22,162 nt of DNA, taken from positions 1 to 22,162 of the forward strand of contig PRDJ01000065.1 of the NCBI GenBank assembly GCA_003345555.1, given 5' to 3'. Below are positions 8,087 to 16,335 of this stretch, in pieces. The translations under genes and the position numbers were made by a program. The notes beneath the pieces were generated by a model that saw only the letters and a list, made by a program, of their open reading frames with translations, was not told where the DNA came from and did not search any database. The stretch's first letter is position 1; each line of letters starts with the position of its first letter. The stretch comes from Candidatus Thorarchaeota archaeon. Its GTDB lineage: Archaea > Asgardarchaeota > Thorarchaeia > Thorarchaeales > Thorarchaeaceae.

Positions 8087-8398
8087 TCATTCGGTGTCTT
8101 CTGTTCTCCCGGGTCTTCCATCGGGCCTAGGCATTTGCAGCGCAACTTGGGTTGTTCTCCAGTGAGAGCTAGAACACCCCCGGACGCAGCAGACAACAAA
8201 CATCACCAGAGCCATGAGAGCTATAATGAATACGTTGACGGGGTCAGTAATAAGGTGAAGAACGCCGGCCGCTTCGCTGATTTTGAAGATGACAAACAGA
8301 GCGAGTGCAACAACCGCAATGATTACGACAATCTTTAGCGTCCTCGCAGTAATGCCCCCTGTATGCGAACTCGACGAACAGAAATGTTCTACTTACAT
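8087..8398 (-). pseudogene. Small 2-TM membrane protein ORF absent from the track; ATG followed immediately by TAA
   Basis: ATG 8398-8396, TAA 8395-8393, then an open frame to TGA 8089-8087 reading ...TLKIVVIIAVVALALFVIFKISEAAGVLHLITDPVNVFIIALMALVMFVVCCVRG... Confidence 0.55.
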
Positions 8399-8599
8399 GA
8401 GAAAAAGGTTTTCGCATGGAGCCGGGGTAGAACAGGACTGCGACTACGAAAACACCAAGCGTGGTATCTGCCTTTCCAGTTAGTTGCATGAGGAATTACG
8501 GATGAATGAAGGTCTATTGCAGCCCTGAATCCCGTGTCCGAAAGCCCAGGCATGCATCATTCGTGCTTTTGGCGATTCATAAGCTGAGATTGTGCTCTC

Positions 8600-8613
8600 A
8601 AAGACTCTATAAG
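8600..8613 (+). promoter_or_regulatory. Promoter-like motif AAAGACTCTATAAG (copy 2)
   Basis: 13/14 identical to AAAGACCCTATAAG at 10133-10146; 43 nt before ATG 8656. Confidence 0.55.
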
Positions 8614-8655
8614 CTGAATTGCGGATTGTAGCTATGAGGGAGTTGTTCAAGGACG

Positions 8656-9756
8656 ATGGCAAGCGAAAGCAGTAAGCAGAGTAACGCAGGTGTCATTATC
8701 TGTACTATTTTCATTATTTCGTTGATTGCACTCATCACCACAGTTACCAGTTTCCCATATGCACCATACGGGATTGCAGCAATCGTGCCGATTATTGTTT
8801 GTTTTGTGGCATCTTTCGCTATGTGTGCTGTTATGCCTTCACAAAATGCGAGTAGGCTGACAACGCCGGAGATCACCTTCGGATCAGAGGGGAGCAGGAG
8901 AAGCACAGCAGTTATTGTGAGAATGGACCAGACGCTCGGATCCGAAGAAAGAGCGGCAGAGGTACAGGTTCTTCGAGGAGGCGAATTCGTCGGGAACAGA
9001 CTGAGGTACAAGGTCAAGATTCTCAACAAGTCCAAGTACGTGATAACAGACGTCACTGTCAGTCTGGTCACGTACCCAAGGGGTGCTCTGTCTGTGGAAG
9101 GTCCAACGGCGAAGAGCATCACCAAGATTGAGCCAAGCGGCTTCATGAGTCCCGCTTTCGAGTTCCTTCCCACTCAAGATTGTGTGAAGGGCGACATAGT
9201 TGCGAACGTCTCTTACGTCGATCACGAGGGTAGGGCATATTCGACTATGACGGAGCCGTACACTGTGAGGTCGGTATGTGACCTGCTCATGCCTGAACGT
9301 ATCTCTCCTGACGATTTCGAGCGCCGTCTCGAAAACCTGACCCACGGAGAGATGGCATCAAGGGTCGATGAATGGACCCCCGAGGAGATGCATTCTAAGG
9401 CCCTTCAAGTCCTCGGAAAATCAAACTTCTCAGAAGTGAAGAGCGAACGCGCGATGATAGGTGAGAAGATCGAGTCGAGGGTTACCGGCTGGGCACGCGG
9501 CAAGTACACCGGCAAGAACTTGGGTGTTGAGATTACCATCACAGGCAGACCGGACACAAGAGGTGCCGTCTGCAGAATCCGGATATCAGGTCAGGATGAG
9601 GCAATGATACTGCCTGCGATAGACGAGATGTCGCACAACCTGAGTGCATGGCTTTGTCCAGTTTGTGTCGGTGAATTACCTCCCGAGTCCGTTGATGGCA
9701 TTAGGGCCGGGCGACATGCAAAGTGTCCATTCTGCGGTGCCATAGTGGGAAGGTAG
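8656..9756 (+). CDS. 2-TM protein with adaptin/coatomer appendage-like domain and C-terminal Zn ribbon (paralog A)
   Basis: Two hydrophobic helices at about aa 12-58, then a beta-rich LRYKVKILN..VITDVTV sandwich. A VCDLLMPERISPDDFERRLENL hinge resembles the alpha-adaptin/gamma-COP ear, followed by a platform-like region and CPVC-x20-CPFC. Confidence 0.8.
   Translation: MASESSKQSNAGVIICTIFIISLIALITTVTSFPYAPYGIAAIVPIIVCFVASFAMCAVMPSQNASRLTTPEITFGSEGSRRSTAVIVRMDQTLGSEERAAEVQVLRGGEFVGNRLRYKVKILNKSKYVITDVTVSLVTYPRGALSVEGPTAKSITKIEPSGFMSPAFEFLPTQDCVKGDIVANVSYVDHEGRAYSTMTEPYTVRSVCDLLMPERISPDDFERRLENLTHGEMASRVDEWTPEEMHSKALQVLGKSNFSEVKSERAMIGEKIESRVTGWARGKYTGKNLGVEITITGRPDTRGAVCRIRISGQDEAMILPAIDEMSHNLSAWLCPVCVGELPPESVDGIRAGRHAKCPFCGAIVGR
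8962..9756 (+). repeat. Duplicated 264-codon cassette, copy 1 (copy 2 at 11256-12050)
   Basis: Colinear without indels from VQVLRGGEF to VGR-stop; 189/264 aa identical by manual count (about 72%). Confidence 0.95.
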
Positions 9757-9928
9757 GTTGGGAGACCCGTCGAACAACTGCATAAGTCGCACGATTCGTA
9801 TGAAAATGCTCTTTTTCCATTTCAACCAATGAGCTGATTTATATTCAACCTCCGCATTATGTACCATTGTGGTTGGTTGGTCTGCAGGGCTCGTTTTCGT
9901 TACATGCCCTCATTTACGAAACTCCCCC

Positions 9929-10004
9929 CTCCTACCACGATTTACCCTGCGGGCCCCAGCCACACCCTGTGATTACGGGCGTGATAGCGGGAATCTGGTA
10001 GGAG
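9929..10004. other. Intergenic long stem-loop / candidate sRNA
   Basis: CTCCTACCA (9929-9937) pairs with TGGTAGGAG (9996-10004), continued by GATT/AATC and CCC-GC/GCGGG, with an inner CAC-ACCC...GGG-CGTG hairpin. TTTATATT at 9838-9845 lies upstream. Confidence 0.4.
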
Positions 10005-10131
10005 TACTGCAATTCTGAGAATCCGATTTCCACATAGAGTATTGATAGCCATTCTTTACAGATGCCAGAGATTGCATCGTTGAGCATGGACCGGATTCAG
10101 CGGCTTTCGCGGCTAAGAGCGTGCTGGTAAG

Positions 10132-10146
10132 GAAAGACCCTATAAG
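10132..10146 (+). promoter_or_regulatory. Promoter-like motif GAAAGACCCTATAAG (copy 3)
   Basis: 33 nt before GTG 10179; matches the copies at 7082 and 8600. Confidence 0.55.
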
Positions 10147-10178
10147 AGAATAATGCGAAATATCAGTCGGAGATATCG

Positions 10179-12050
10179 GTGCAAAAGGGGGATGTCTTCT
10201 ATAGTTTCTATACGTTGTCCATTCTGGTCTATACGATTATCAGCGTAACCTACTTCTGGAACAACAAGGCTGTCGCATACGCGACGATAGGCTTTGGTTT
10301 GATAGCTGCTGTCATGGTTCTCATAACTGCTATCTGGCCGGCCAATCTGAGCGTGGATCAAAAGACACAACTTCGTGAACTAATTAAGGAAAGAAGAAGT
10401 CTGCCCATAGCACTGGTTGCCAGCCAGATGGGCATGTCAGTCGCCAAGGCTGCCGGGGTCTTGCGGCGAACTGGTTTTCTTGCTCTGTCGTCAGATGCAT
10501 CTACTGTGCTCAGTATTACTCGGCTGACTGAAGACCTCCTCTCCCACGCGGACACTATGGGGAAAATCGATGTTCATGCGGTTTGTGCCGAATGGTCCCT
10601 TGATGAGAGATTCTTGGTTTCCTTGGTTCCAAAGATGAGCAAGGACGTGATAGCGAATAACGCAGGTAACCTCTATTCTAGGTCCGCCCTTGAGAAGATT
10701 GTGGAAACTGAATTGGCAACCAAGGGAAGATTCGACGCCCGAGAAGAGGCAATCAAGAGAGGCCTTACGCTACAAGGCTCCGACGTCGTCTTTTCGCTGG
10801 CCAAGCTCAAGATACCTGTATTGGTGACCATTGCCGGAGCATATTTGCGAAAGGACATGGTCATTCGTAATCTAAAAAGCACCCTTGACGAAAGAGGCGT
10901 GCTTGACCTCGGCGTTGAGTCGAGGAAACTCGGAGTCTATGATGCAGCCCTGTATCTAGCAGATGCTCTTACGGACACATCACACATTAGAATCCCGGGG
11001 ACGTCCCTGATTGCCGATAAGTCTTGGATAACCGATCTCCAGCGAAGGGCAAGAGAGATGGGTGTCGTCAACCTGAAGGAATTTGCCGATTCTCTTGGAA
11101 TATCTAGTGCCAGTCTGGGATTGGTGCTCTCTACTTACTTGCAGGGATTTGTGGATGAATCGACAGGGATATTCTATGTGCGTGGAGCCCCTGTGTATAC
11201 TCCTGCAGCCGGGAGACCGAAAGAAGCGTATGCCGCCAGAGCTGTTACGACAGATGTACAGGTCCTTCGGGGTGGCGAGTTTGTCGGGAATAGGCTCCGA
11301 TACAAGGTCAAGGTACTGAATAACACGAGGTTCGTCATAACTGATGTTACCGTTAGCTTGGTCACATATCCTCGCGACGCGATGTCAGTAGAAGGTCCCA
11401 TTGTCAAGACCATTGCCAAGATTGACCCAAGCGGTTTCGACAGCCCGTTGTTTGAGTTCTTGCCAACAAAGGACTGTGTCAAGGGCGATATCATTGCTAT
11501 GACATCCTATGTTGATCATGAGGGGAAGCCGCACACGGCAATGACGGAACCATTCACTGTCCGAGCAGTATGTGACCTTTTGATCCCTGAGAACATCACC
11601 CCCGAACAGTTTGAGCTTAGACTTGCGGACTTGAGCCATGGCGAGATGACGTTCAAAGTTGAGGACTGGACACCCGAGGAAATGCACTCAAAGGCACTGC
11701 AGGTTCTCGAGAAGTCCAACTTCTCGGAAGTGACTTCAAATCAGAGCACGATTGGAGAACACATCCAATCGAGAATCACTGGGTGGGCTCGCGGGAAGTA
11801 TACAAGAAAGAATCTTGGAGTTGAGGTCACAATAACTGGCAGGCCTGGAGTTAAAGGGGCTACTTGCTCCGTCAGGATGTCAGGCGAGGATGAAGCCATG
11901 ATAATGCCGGCAATTGACGAGATGTCTCAGAACCTGACTGCTTGGCTTTGTCCCATGTGCGGTGGTGACATGCCAGAACATGCGGTGAGTCTGATTCGCG
12001 AAGGGAAGCATAGCAAGTGTCCCTTCTGCGGCGTGACGGTAGGCAGATGA
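10179..12050 (+). CDS. 2-TM protein with tandem winged-helix (UFL1/PCI-like) repeats, adaptin/coatomer appendage-like domain and Zn ribbon (paralog B)
   Basis: Two N-terminal TMs; repeated G-x-[IVLF]-[DN]-x4-A-x2-[LW]G units (GKIDVHAVCAEWSL, GRFDAREEAIKRGL, GVLDLGVESRKLGV, GVVNLKEFADSLGI). Same C-terminal cassette as 8656-9756, ending in CPMC-x20-CPFC. Confidence 0.8.
   Translation: MQKGDVFYSFYTLSILVYTIISVTYFWNNKAVAYATIGFGLIAAVMVLITAIWPANLSVDQKTQLRELIKERRSLPIALVASQMGMSVAKAAGVLRRTGFLALSSDASTVLSITRLTEDLLSHADTMGKIDVHAVCAEWSLDERFLVSLVPKMSKDVIANNAGNLYSRSALEKIVETELATKGRFDAREEAIKRGLTLQGSDVVFSLAKLKIPVLVTIAGAYLRKDMVIRNLKSTLDERGVLDLGVESRKLGVYDAALYLADALTDTSHIRIPGTSLIADKSWITDLQRRAREMGVVNLKEFADSLGISSASLGLVLSTYLQGFVDESTGIFYVRGAPVYTPAAGRPKEAYAARAVTTDVQVLRGGEFVGNRLRYKVKVLNNTRFVITDVTVSLVTYPRDAMSVEGPIVKTIAKIDPSGFDSPLFEFLPTKDCVKGDIIAMTSYVDHEGKPHTAMTEPFTVRAVCDLLIPENITPEQFELRLADLSHGEMTFKVEDWTPEEMHSKALQVLEKSNFSEVTSNQSTIGEHIQSRITGWARGKYTRKNLGVEVTITGRPGVKGATCSVRMSGEDEAMIMPAIDEMSQNLTAWLCPMCGGDMPEHAVSLIREGKHSKCPFCGVTVGR
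11256..12050 (+). repeat. Duplicated 264-codon cassette, copy 2
   Basis: See 8962-9756. Confidence 0.95.
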
Positions 12051-12252
12051 GCCCCCAGCGTGCCGGTCGTCGTGTGGGTCTCGTTGATTCGTTTAGGACA
12101 ATAGTGGGCAAGGCGTGGGAACTCCGGTCCGGTCTCTCCCGGAGAAGCCTGCATTTCCGGAAGGTCTGATAAACGCTTCAAGCATGGGCCTGACAATAGG
12201 CTCATAATGGGCTGATGACAACGGTCGTCCTGATGCAGGGAGCGTCCTAGGC

Positions 12253-13686
12253 GTGTCGAGAGAAAAAGTAGAGTACAGGGAAGAGAGTGATCTGCTTGGC
12301 ACGAAGCAGATTCCAAAGAATGCCTACTGGGGTATTCAGACGCTGAGAGCGCATGAGAATTTCGCAGTGTCTCTTGTTCCACTTTCAAACTACCCCCTAC
12401 TGGTGTCTGCCATGGCCATGGTCAAGAAAGCGTGTACTCTTGCGAACATGCAGTTAAGAGACGTGAAGAAGGAGTATGGGAAAGCGATCGTGCAAGCTTG
12501 CGACGAAGTCATTGCCGGGGACTATAGAGACGAGTTCATTGTCGATATGCTTCAGGGCGGCGCAGGAACATCTACCAACATGAATGCGAATGAAGTGATT
12601 GCCTCGAGAGCCAACGAGATTATGGGCTATCCGAGGAACTCTTTGTCACCGATCAGTTCGAACGATCATGTGAACATGAGCCAGTCGACAAACGACGTAT
12701 ACCCAACAGCCATCAAGATAGCGGCTGTATTCAAGATGAGGGATCTCGTGAGCAGCCTCGGGAATCTAGTTCTCGCATTGGACGAGAAAGCAGAGGAGTA
12801 CAAGGGACTGCTTAAGCTTGGCAGGACCGAGATGCAGGATGCCGTGCCAATCACACTTGGGCAGGAATTCTCCGCTTGGTCTTCGTGTTTGAAACGGGAT
12901 TTGTTGCGAATCGGGCTCGCGATAGACGTGCTTGAGACTCATAATATCGGGGCGACAGCCATCGGAACTGGGTTGAATGCTGACCCAGAATACATAAAGC
13001 TCGCTGAGAAGTACTTGAGAGAAGTGACTGGTCTTGCCAATCTCAAGACGGCGGAGAACCTTATAGATGAAACGCAAAATGCTGACGAGTTCGTGCACGC
13101 GTCGGGCTTGCTTCGAGTTCTGGCCACCAACCTACGAAAGATCAGCGGGGATCTGTTGCTACTGTCTTCCGGACCTAGAGGAGGATTCCATGAGATTGTG
13201 CTTCCGCCTATGCAACCTGGTTCGTCTATAATGCCAGGCAAGGTGAACCCGGTTATCGTAGAAATGATGATACAGTGTGCATTCCAGGTCTTGGGTCATG
13301 ACTCAACAATATCCCACGCGGCCGAAACGGGAATGCTCGAGCTAAACGCTTTTGGTCCTCTGATAGCCTACAATCTCTTTCAAGCGCTGAACTTGCTGCG
13401 CAATGCGATTCCGATTTTCACTGAGAAATGCGTCAAAGGCATCCAGGCAAACAAGGCGGGTCTTGACACCGTTTATGAAAGTGTGGGACTCGTCACTGCC
13501 CTTGTTCCAATCATTGGCTACAACTCCGCCAGTCGGGTCGCGAAGAAAGCGCTGGAAACGGGTCGATCAGTTCGTGAGTTGGTTCTGGAAGAGAAGCTCA
13601 TGAGCCCGCAGGAACTCGATGAAGCACTGTCACCAGAGAGAATGACGCGGCCCGGAATCGCTAGACGCAGAACTTCAGACCGTTAG
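12253..13686 (+). CDS. aspA: Aspartate ammonia-lyase (aspartase/fumarase superfamily)
   Basis: YREESDLLG, YWGIQTLRAHENF, QGGAGTSTNMNANEVIA, HVNMSQSTND, GRTEMQDA and signature GSSIMPGKVNPV. Confidence 0.93.
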   Translation: MSREKVEYREESDLLGTKQIPKNAYWGIQTLRAHENFAVSLVPLSNYPLLVSAMAMVKKACTLANMQLRDVKKEYGKAIVQACDEVIAGDYRDEFIVDMLQGGAGTSTNMNANEVIASRANEIMGYPRNSLSPISSNDHVNMSQSTNDVYPTAIKIAAVFKMRDLVSSLGNLVLALDEKAEEYKGLLKLGRTEMQDAVPITLGQEFSAWSSCLKRDLLRIGLAIDVLETHNIGATAIGTGLNADPEYIKLAEKYLREVTGLANLKTAENLIDETQNADEFVHASGLLRVLATNLRKISGDLLLLSSGPRGGFHEIVLPPMQPGSSIMPGKVNPVIVEMMIQCAFQVLGHDSTISHAAETGMLELNAFGPLIAYNLFQALNLLRNAIPIFTEKCVKGIQANKAGLDTVYESVGLVTALVPIIGYNSASRVAKKALETGRSVRELVLEEKLMSPQELDEALSPERMTRPGIARRRTSDR

Positions 13687-13841
13687 GGCAAAAGCAGAAA
13701 TACACCGTTCTTTCAGCCACACATCAATCGCGCCACGCATACTTCTGTCCAGAAGACGTGAACTGCGCCTAAGGCTGGGATATCTGGCCTAGGGCGACCA
13801 CTGAACTGGCCAATAGTCTGTGTGGAGGAGGAAAACTGAAT

Positions 13842-16262
13842 TTGCAGAGAGAAGGGTTACTAACGGTATTCGCGGTTGCTCTGTTTGTCTCGAGTGCGCT
13901 AGCGCCGGTCGGAACACTCTCATACCTTCCCCCCAGGACGACTTGGGCTGAATCATCTAGCGTGCAGGCGGCACTGTCCAACGGCGAAACCGAGCAATTA
14001 ACAGTGACAGTCTCAGATGACTCTTGCGTTGCCGATTCCGTGCCGGACACCAACTTCAATACCTTCGGGTCTCTCTTTGTCGGAATGGAACCATATGAGA
14101 CAATCATCGGTCGTAGCTGGCTGAAGTTCAATCTCTCGCATGTGCCTGACACTGTGAGAATCCTAAGCGCTGAGATGTTTGTCCAGGTGTATGCGGAATA
14201 CGAGTCATACGGAGTAGCTGATCGCCCGATCGGAAGTTACTACTCAGCGAATGATACGTGGAAGGAAAGCACAATCACTTGGAACACTGCGCCCACGTTC
14301 TCCTCTTCGCCGAGCTATGTCATTTCTAGTCCCCCCAGCCCCAACATGTTTGTTCCGTTTTACTGGTATTCTTGGGATGTTACGGCGGACGTGAGAACAA
14401 CTATCGCAGGCGACAAGATACTCACTGAGGTCCTTAAAGTCGTTAATGAATCCGAGTTCGTCTCGTGTTTCAAGTATTTCTACGATAGAGAATCTCTTTA
14501 CTTCAATGCCTCATATCTCGCCCTTACGTATACGACTCCCGTGGCCAGCAGTCTAGCCGTAGATGGTTATTCCACCGTTCCACACATTGACTACATAATG
14601 GACTCTGCTCCAGATCTTTCGTGGCAGTTCTCTGACAGCGATTCAGGTGACATCCAGAAGGGCTACGATTTGGATGTGTATGAAGGAACAAGCACAACCG
14701 GAATCCCGATTTGGCAGACGAACACAACCGAGCTCGTCACAATCTACTCGGGTGCTGCATCCGCCAATGCGAGGCCCTTCGCCACTTCCGGCGAAATGAG
14801 ATACCAGATGAAGATTCCCAAGTCAATGCTTTCGAGAACAGGGGTCGTTGACAAGCTGTACATCCAAGTGACCGATTCCGCGACAGTGGTTCTTCAGGAC
14901 TTGAGTGTCGCGATGTTGAGCGTTAGCTCAAGCGCAGACCTGGGAAGCACATTCGCGAGCAACTACGAAGGCCTAACTCCTGTGCAGGTCCTGTATAGCG
15001 AAGAATACAGTGTAACGATCACTGACTCTTGGCTTGTGATTGACGTGCAGAATACATTCGTCCTGAGCAACAGGTCCAACTTGCTTATAGAGCTCCGATT
15101 CATGGACAACATAGGCGACTTTGTTAATACGTTCTACACGACGGCGTCAACCGGAGCATCAGTTGCGTACACATATGGAGCGGGCGCATACACAAGCACA
15201 ACGGCCGGCGTTAATGCCACCAGAACTCACAACATAAAGATTGAGTTCGCCAGCACCGAAGTCTTCGCTGCTGGCATCGGCGCGAACAGCTACCCGTTCA
15301 ATTGGGCCACTGCCAAGATGCAATTCAAGTACAACAAGTCTATAATCAACACTGAGGGTTACATCGACCGAATTCTGTTTGGAGTGAACGAGCTGGATGC
15401 ATCGGCTACATTGTATAACCTCACTATGCTGCTTGTTGAGACTCCCGTTGAAGGCATACTGTACCCGACTTTCTCAGCAAACTATGGCGGGGTCACTCCA
15501 ACAGTCGTCCTTCAAGAAACAGAGTACCGGCCCACGAACCTTGGTCAATGGCTCGTCTTTGATGTGGCGAACAGTTTCTATTACTCCAACTCTCACGACC
15601 TGTTGATCGAAATCAGTTTTGACAGCAGGGCTGGCGACGGGATGCTTGCACGGTACAAGGCCAATGGTGGCGGATACCGGTCATGGAACATGACTGATTC
15701 CCACGGAGCTACATGCAGTCGAGATGCTGCCACATATGAGCTAAACCTCGACATGATTCATTCTGAGCAACAGCTGATGTATGGAGGTTCGCCGCTCGTT
15801 AACGGGACGACGTACTACTTCCAAGCGAAGGTTTGTGATAGCACGGGCGTCTGGTCGTCCTTCTCGAGCCTAGTCTTCAGATACCAGGCAATCCACGGAG
15901 TTCCAACATGGGGAAACCTCACTGTGACTCCGAGTCCGGTAGTACTTGGGCAACCAGTGACGGTATCGATAGATGTCGAGTACTTCTTGGGAGTGAACAA
16001 TGTCCTCATTGAATACGGCGGTTCGAACTACAGCATGTTAGCTCTGGGCGTCGTTTATTCACACACGTGGACGCCAAGCGCAGCTGGAGTCGTGAACTTC
16101 ACTATCTATATGGAATCCTTCACACGCGACTGGGACACAGCTTCGGGCTCGTTTGAAGTCCAGCAAGGTGGCTTCGATATGACACTGCTGATAGTGGGAG
16201 GCGTCGCCGCTGCTGCAGTCGTAGTTGTTGTACTCCTCTTATACAGCAGACGAAAGAAGTAG
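13842..16262 (+). CDS. Cell-surface protein: signal peptide, DNRLRE domain, FN3-like domain with two inserted tandem repeats, Ig-like domain, C-terminal TM
   Basis: DSCVADSVP..N..LFVG...RSWLKFNLS...W-ES-ITWNTAP (DNRLRE). Two ~170-aa repeats (FASNYEG-TPVQVL...WLVIDV / FSANYGG-TPTVVL...WLVFDV), many N-x-S/T sequons, and a TM plus RRKK. Confidence 0.85.
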   Translation: MQREGLLTVFAVALFVSSALAPVGTLSYLPPRTTWAESSSVQAALSNGETEQLTVTVSDDSCVADSVPDTNFNTFGSLFVGMEPYETIIGRSWLKFNLSHVPDTVRILSAEMFVQVYAEYESYGVADRPIGSYYSANDTWKESTITWNTAPTFSSSPSYVISSPPSPNMFVPFYWYSWDVTADVRTTIAGDKILTEVLKVVNESEFVSCFKYFYDRESLYFNASYLALTYTTPVASSLAVDGYSTVPHIDYIMDSAPDLSWQFSDSDSGDIQKGYDLDVYEGTSTTGIPIWQTNTTELVTIYSGAASANARPFATSGEMRYQMKIPKSMLSRTGVVDKLYIQVTDSATVVLQDLSVAMLSVSSSADLGSTFASNYEGLTPVQVLYSEEYSVTITDSWLVIDVQNTFVLSNRSNLLIELRFMDNIGDFVNTFYTTASTGASVAYTYGAGAYTSTTAGVNATRTHNIKIEFASTEVFAAGIGANSYPFNWATAKMQFKYNKSIINTEGYIDRILFGVNELDASATLYNLTMLLVETPVEGILYPTFSANYGGVTPTVVLQETEYRPTNLGQWLVFDVANSFYYSNSHDLLIEISFDSRAGDGMLARYKANGGGYRSWNMTDSHGATCSRDAATYELNLDMIHSEQQLMYGGSPLVNGTTYYFQAKVCDSTGVWSSFSSLVFRYQAIHGVPTWGNLTVTPSPVVLGQPVTVSIDVEYFLGVNNVLIEYGGSNYSMLALGVVYSHTWTPSAAGVVNFTIYMESFTRDWDTASGSFEVQQGGFDMTLLIVGGVAAAAVVVVVLLLYSRRKK

Positions 16263-16271
16263 TCCGGATGA

Positions 16272-16308
16272 GGAGCTTCTGTGAAGGAGCTCCCATTCCT
16301 TTTTCTTT
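16272..16308 (+). terminator. Hairpin plus T-tract between convergent genes
   Basis: GGAGCTTC-TGT-GAAG(G)AGCTCC followed by TTTTTCTTT. Confidence 0.55.
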
Positions 16309-16335
16309 CGTGCAGATTGGCACAATGATTCTGCG

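Noticed and set aside
12122-12144. CTCCGG...CCGGAG inverted repeat downstream of paralog B
   Set aside because: Only 6 bp and no T-tract; insufficient to call a terminator.
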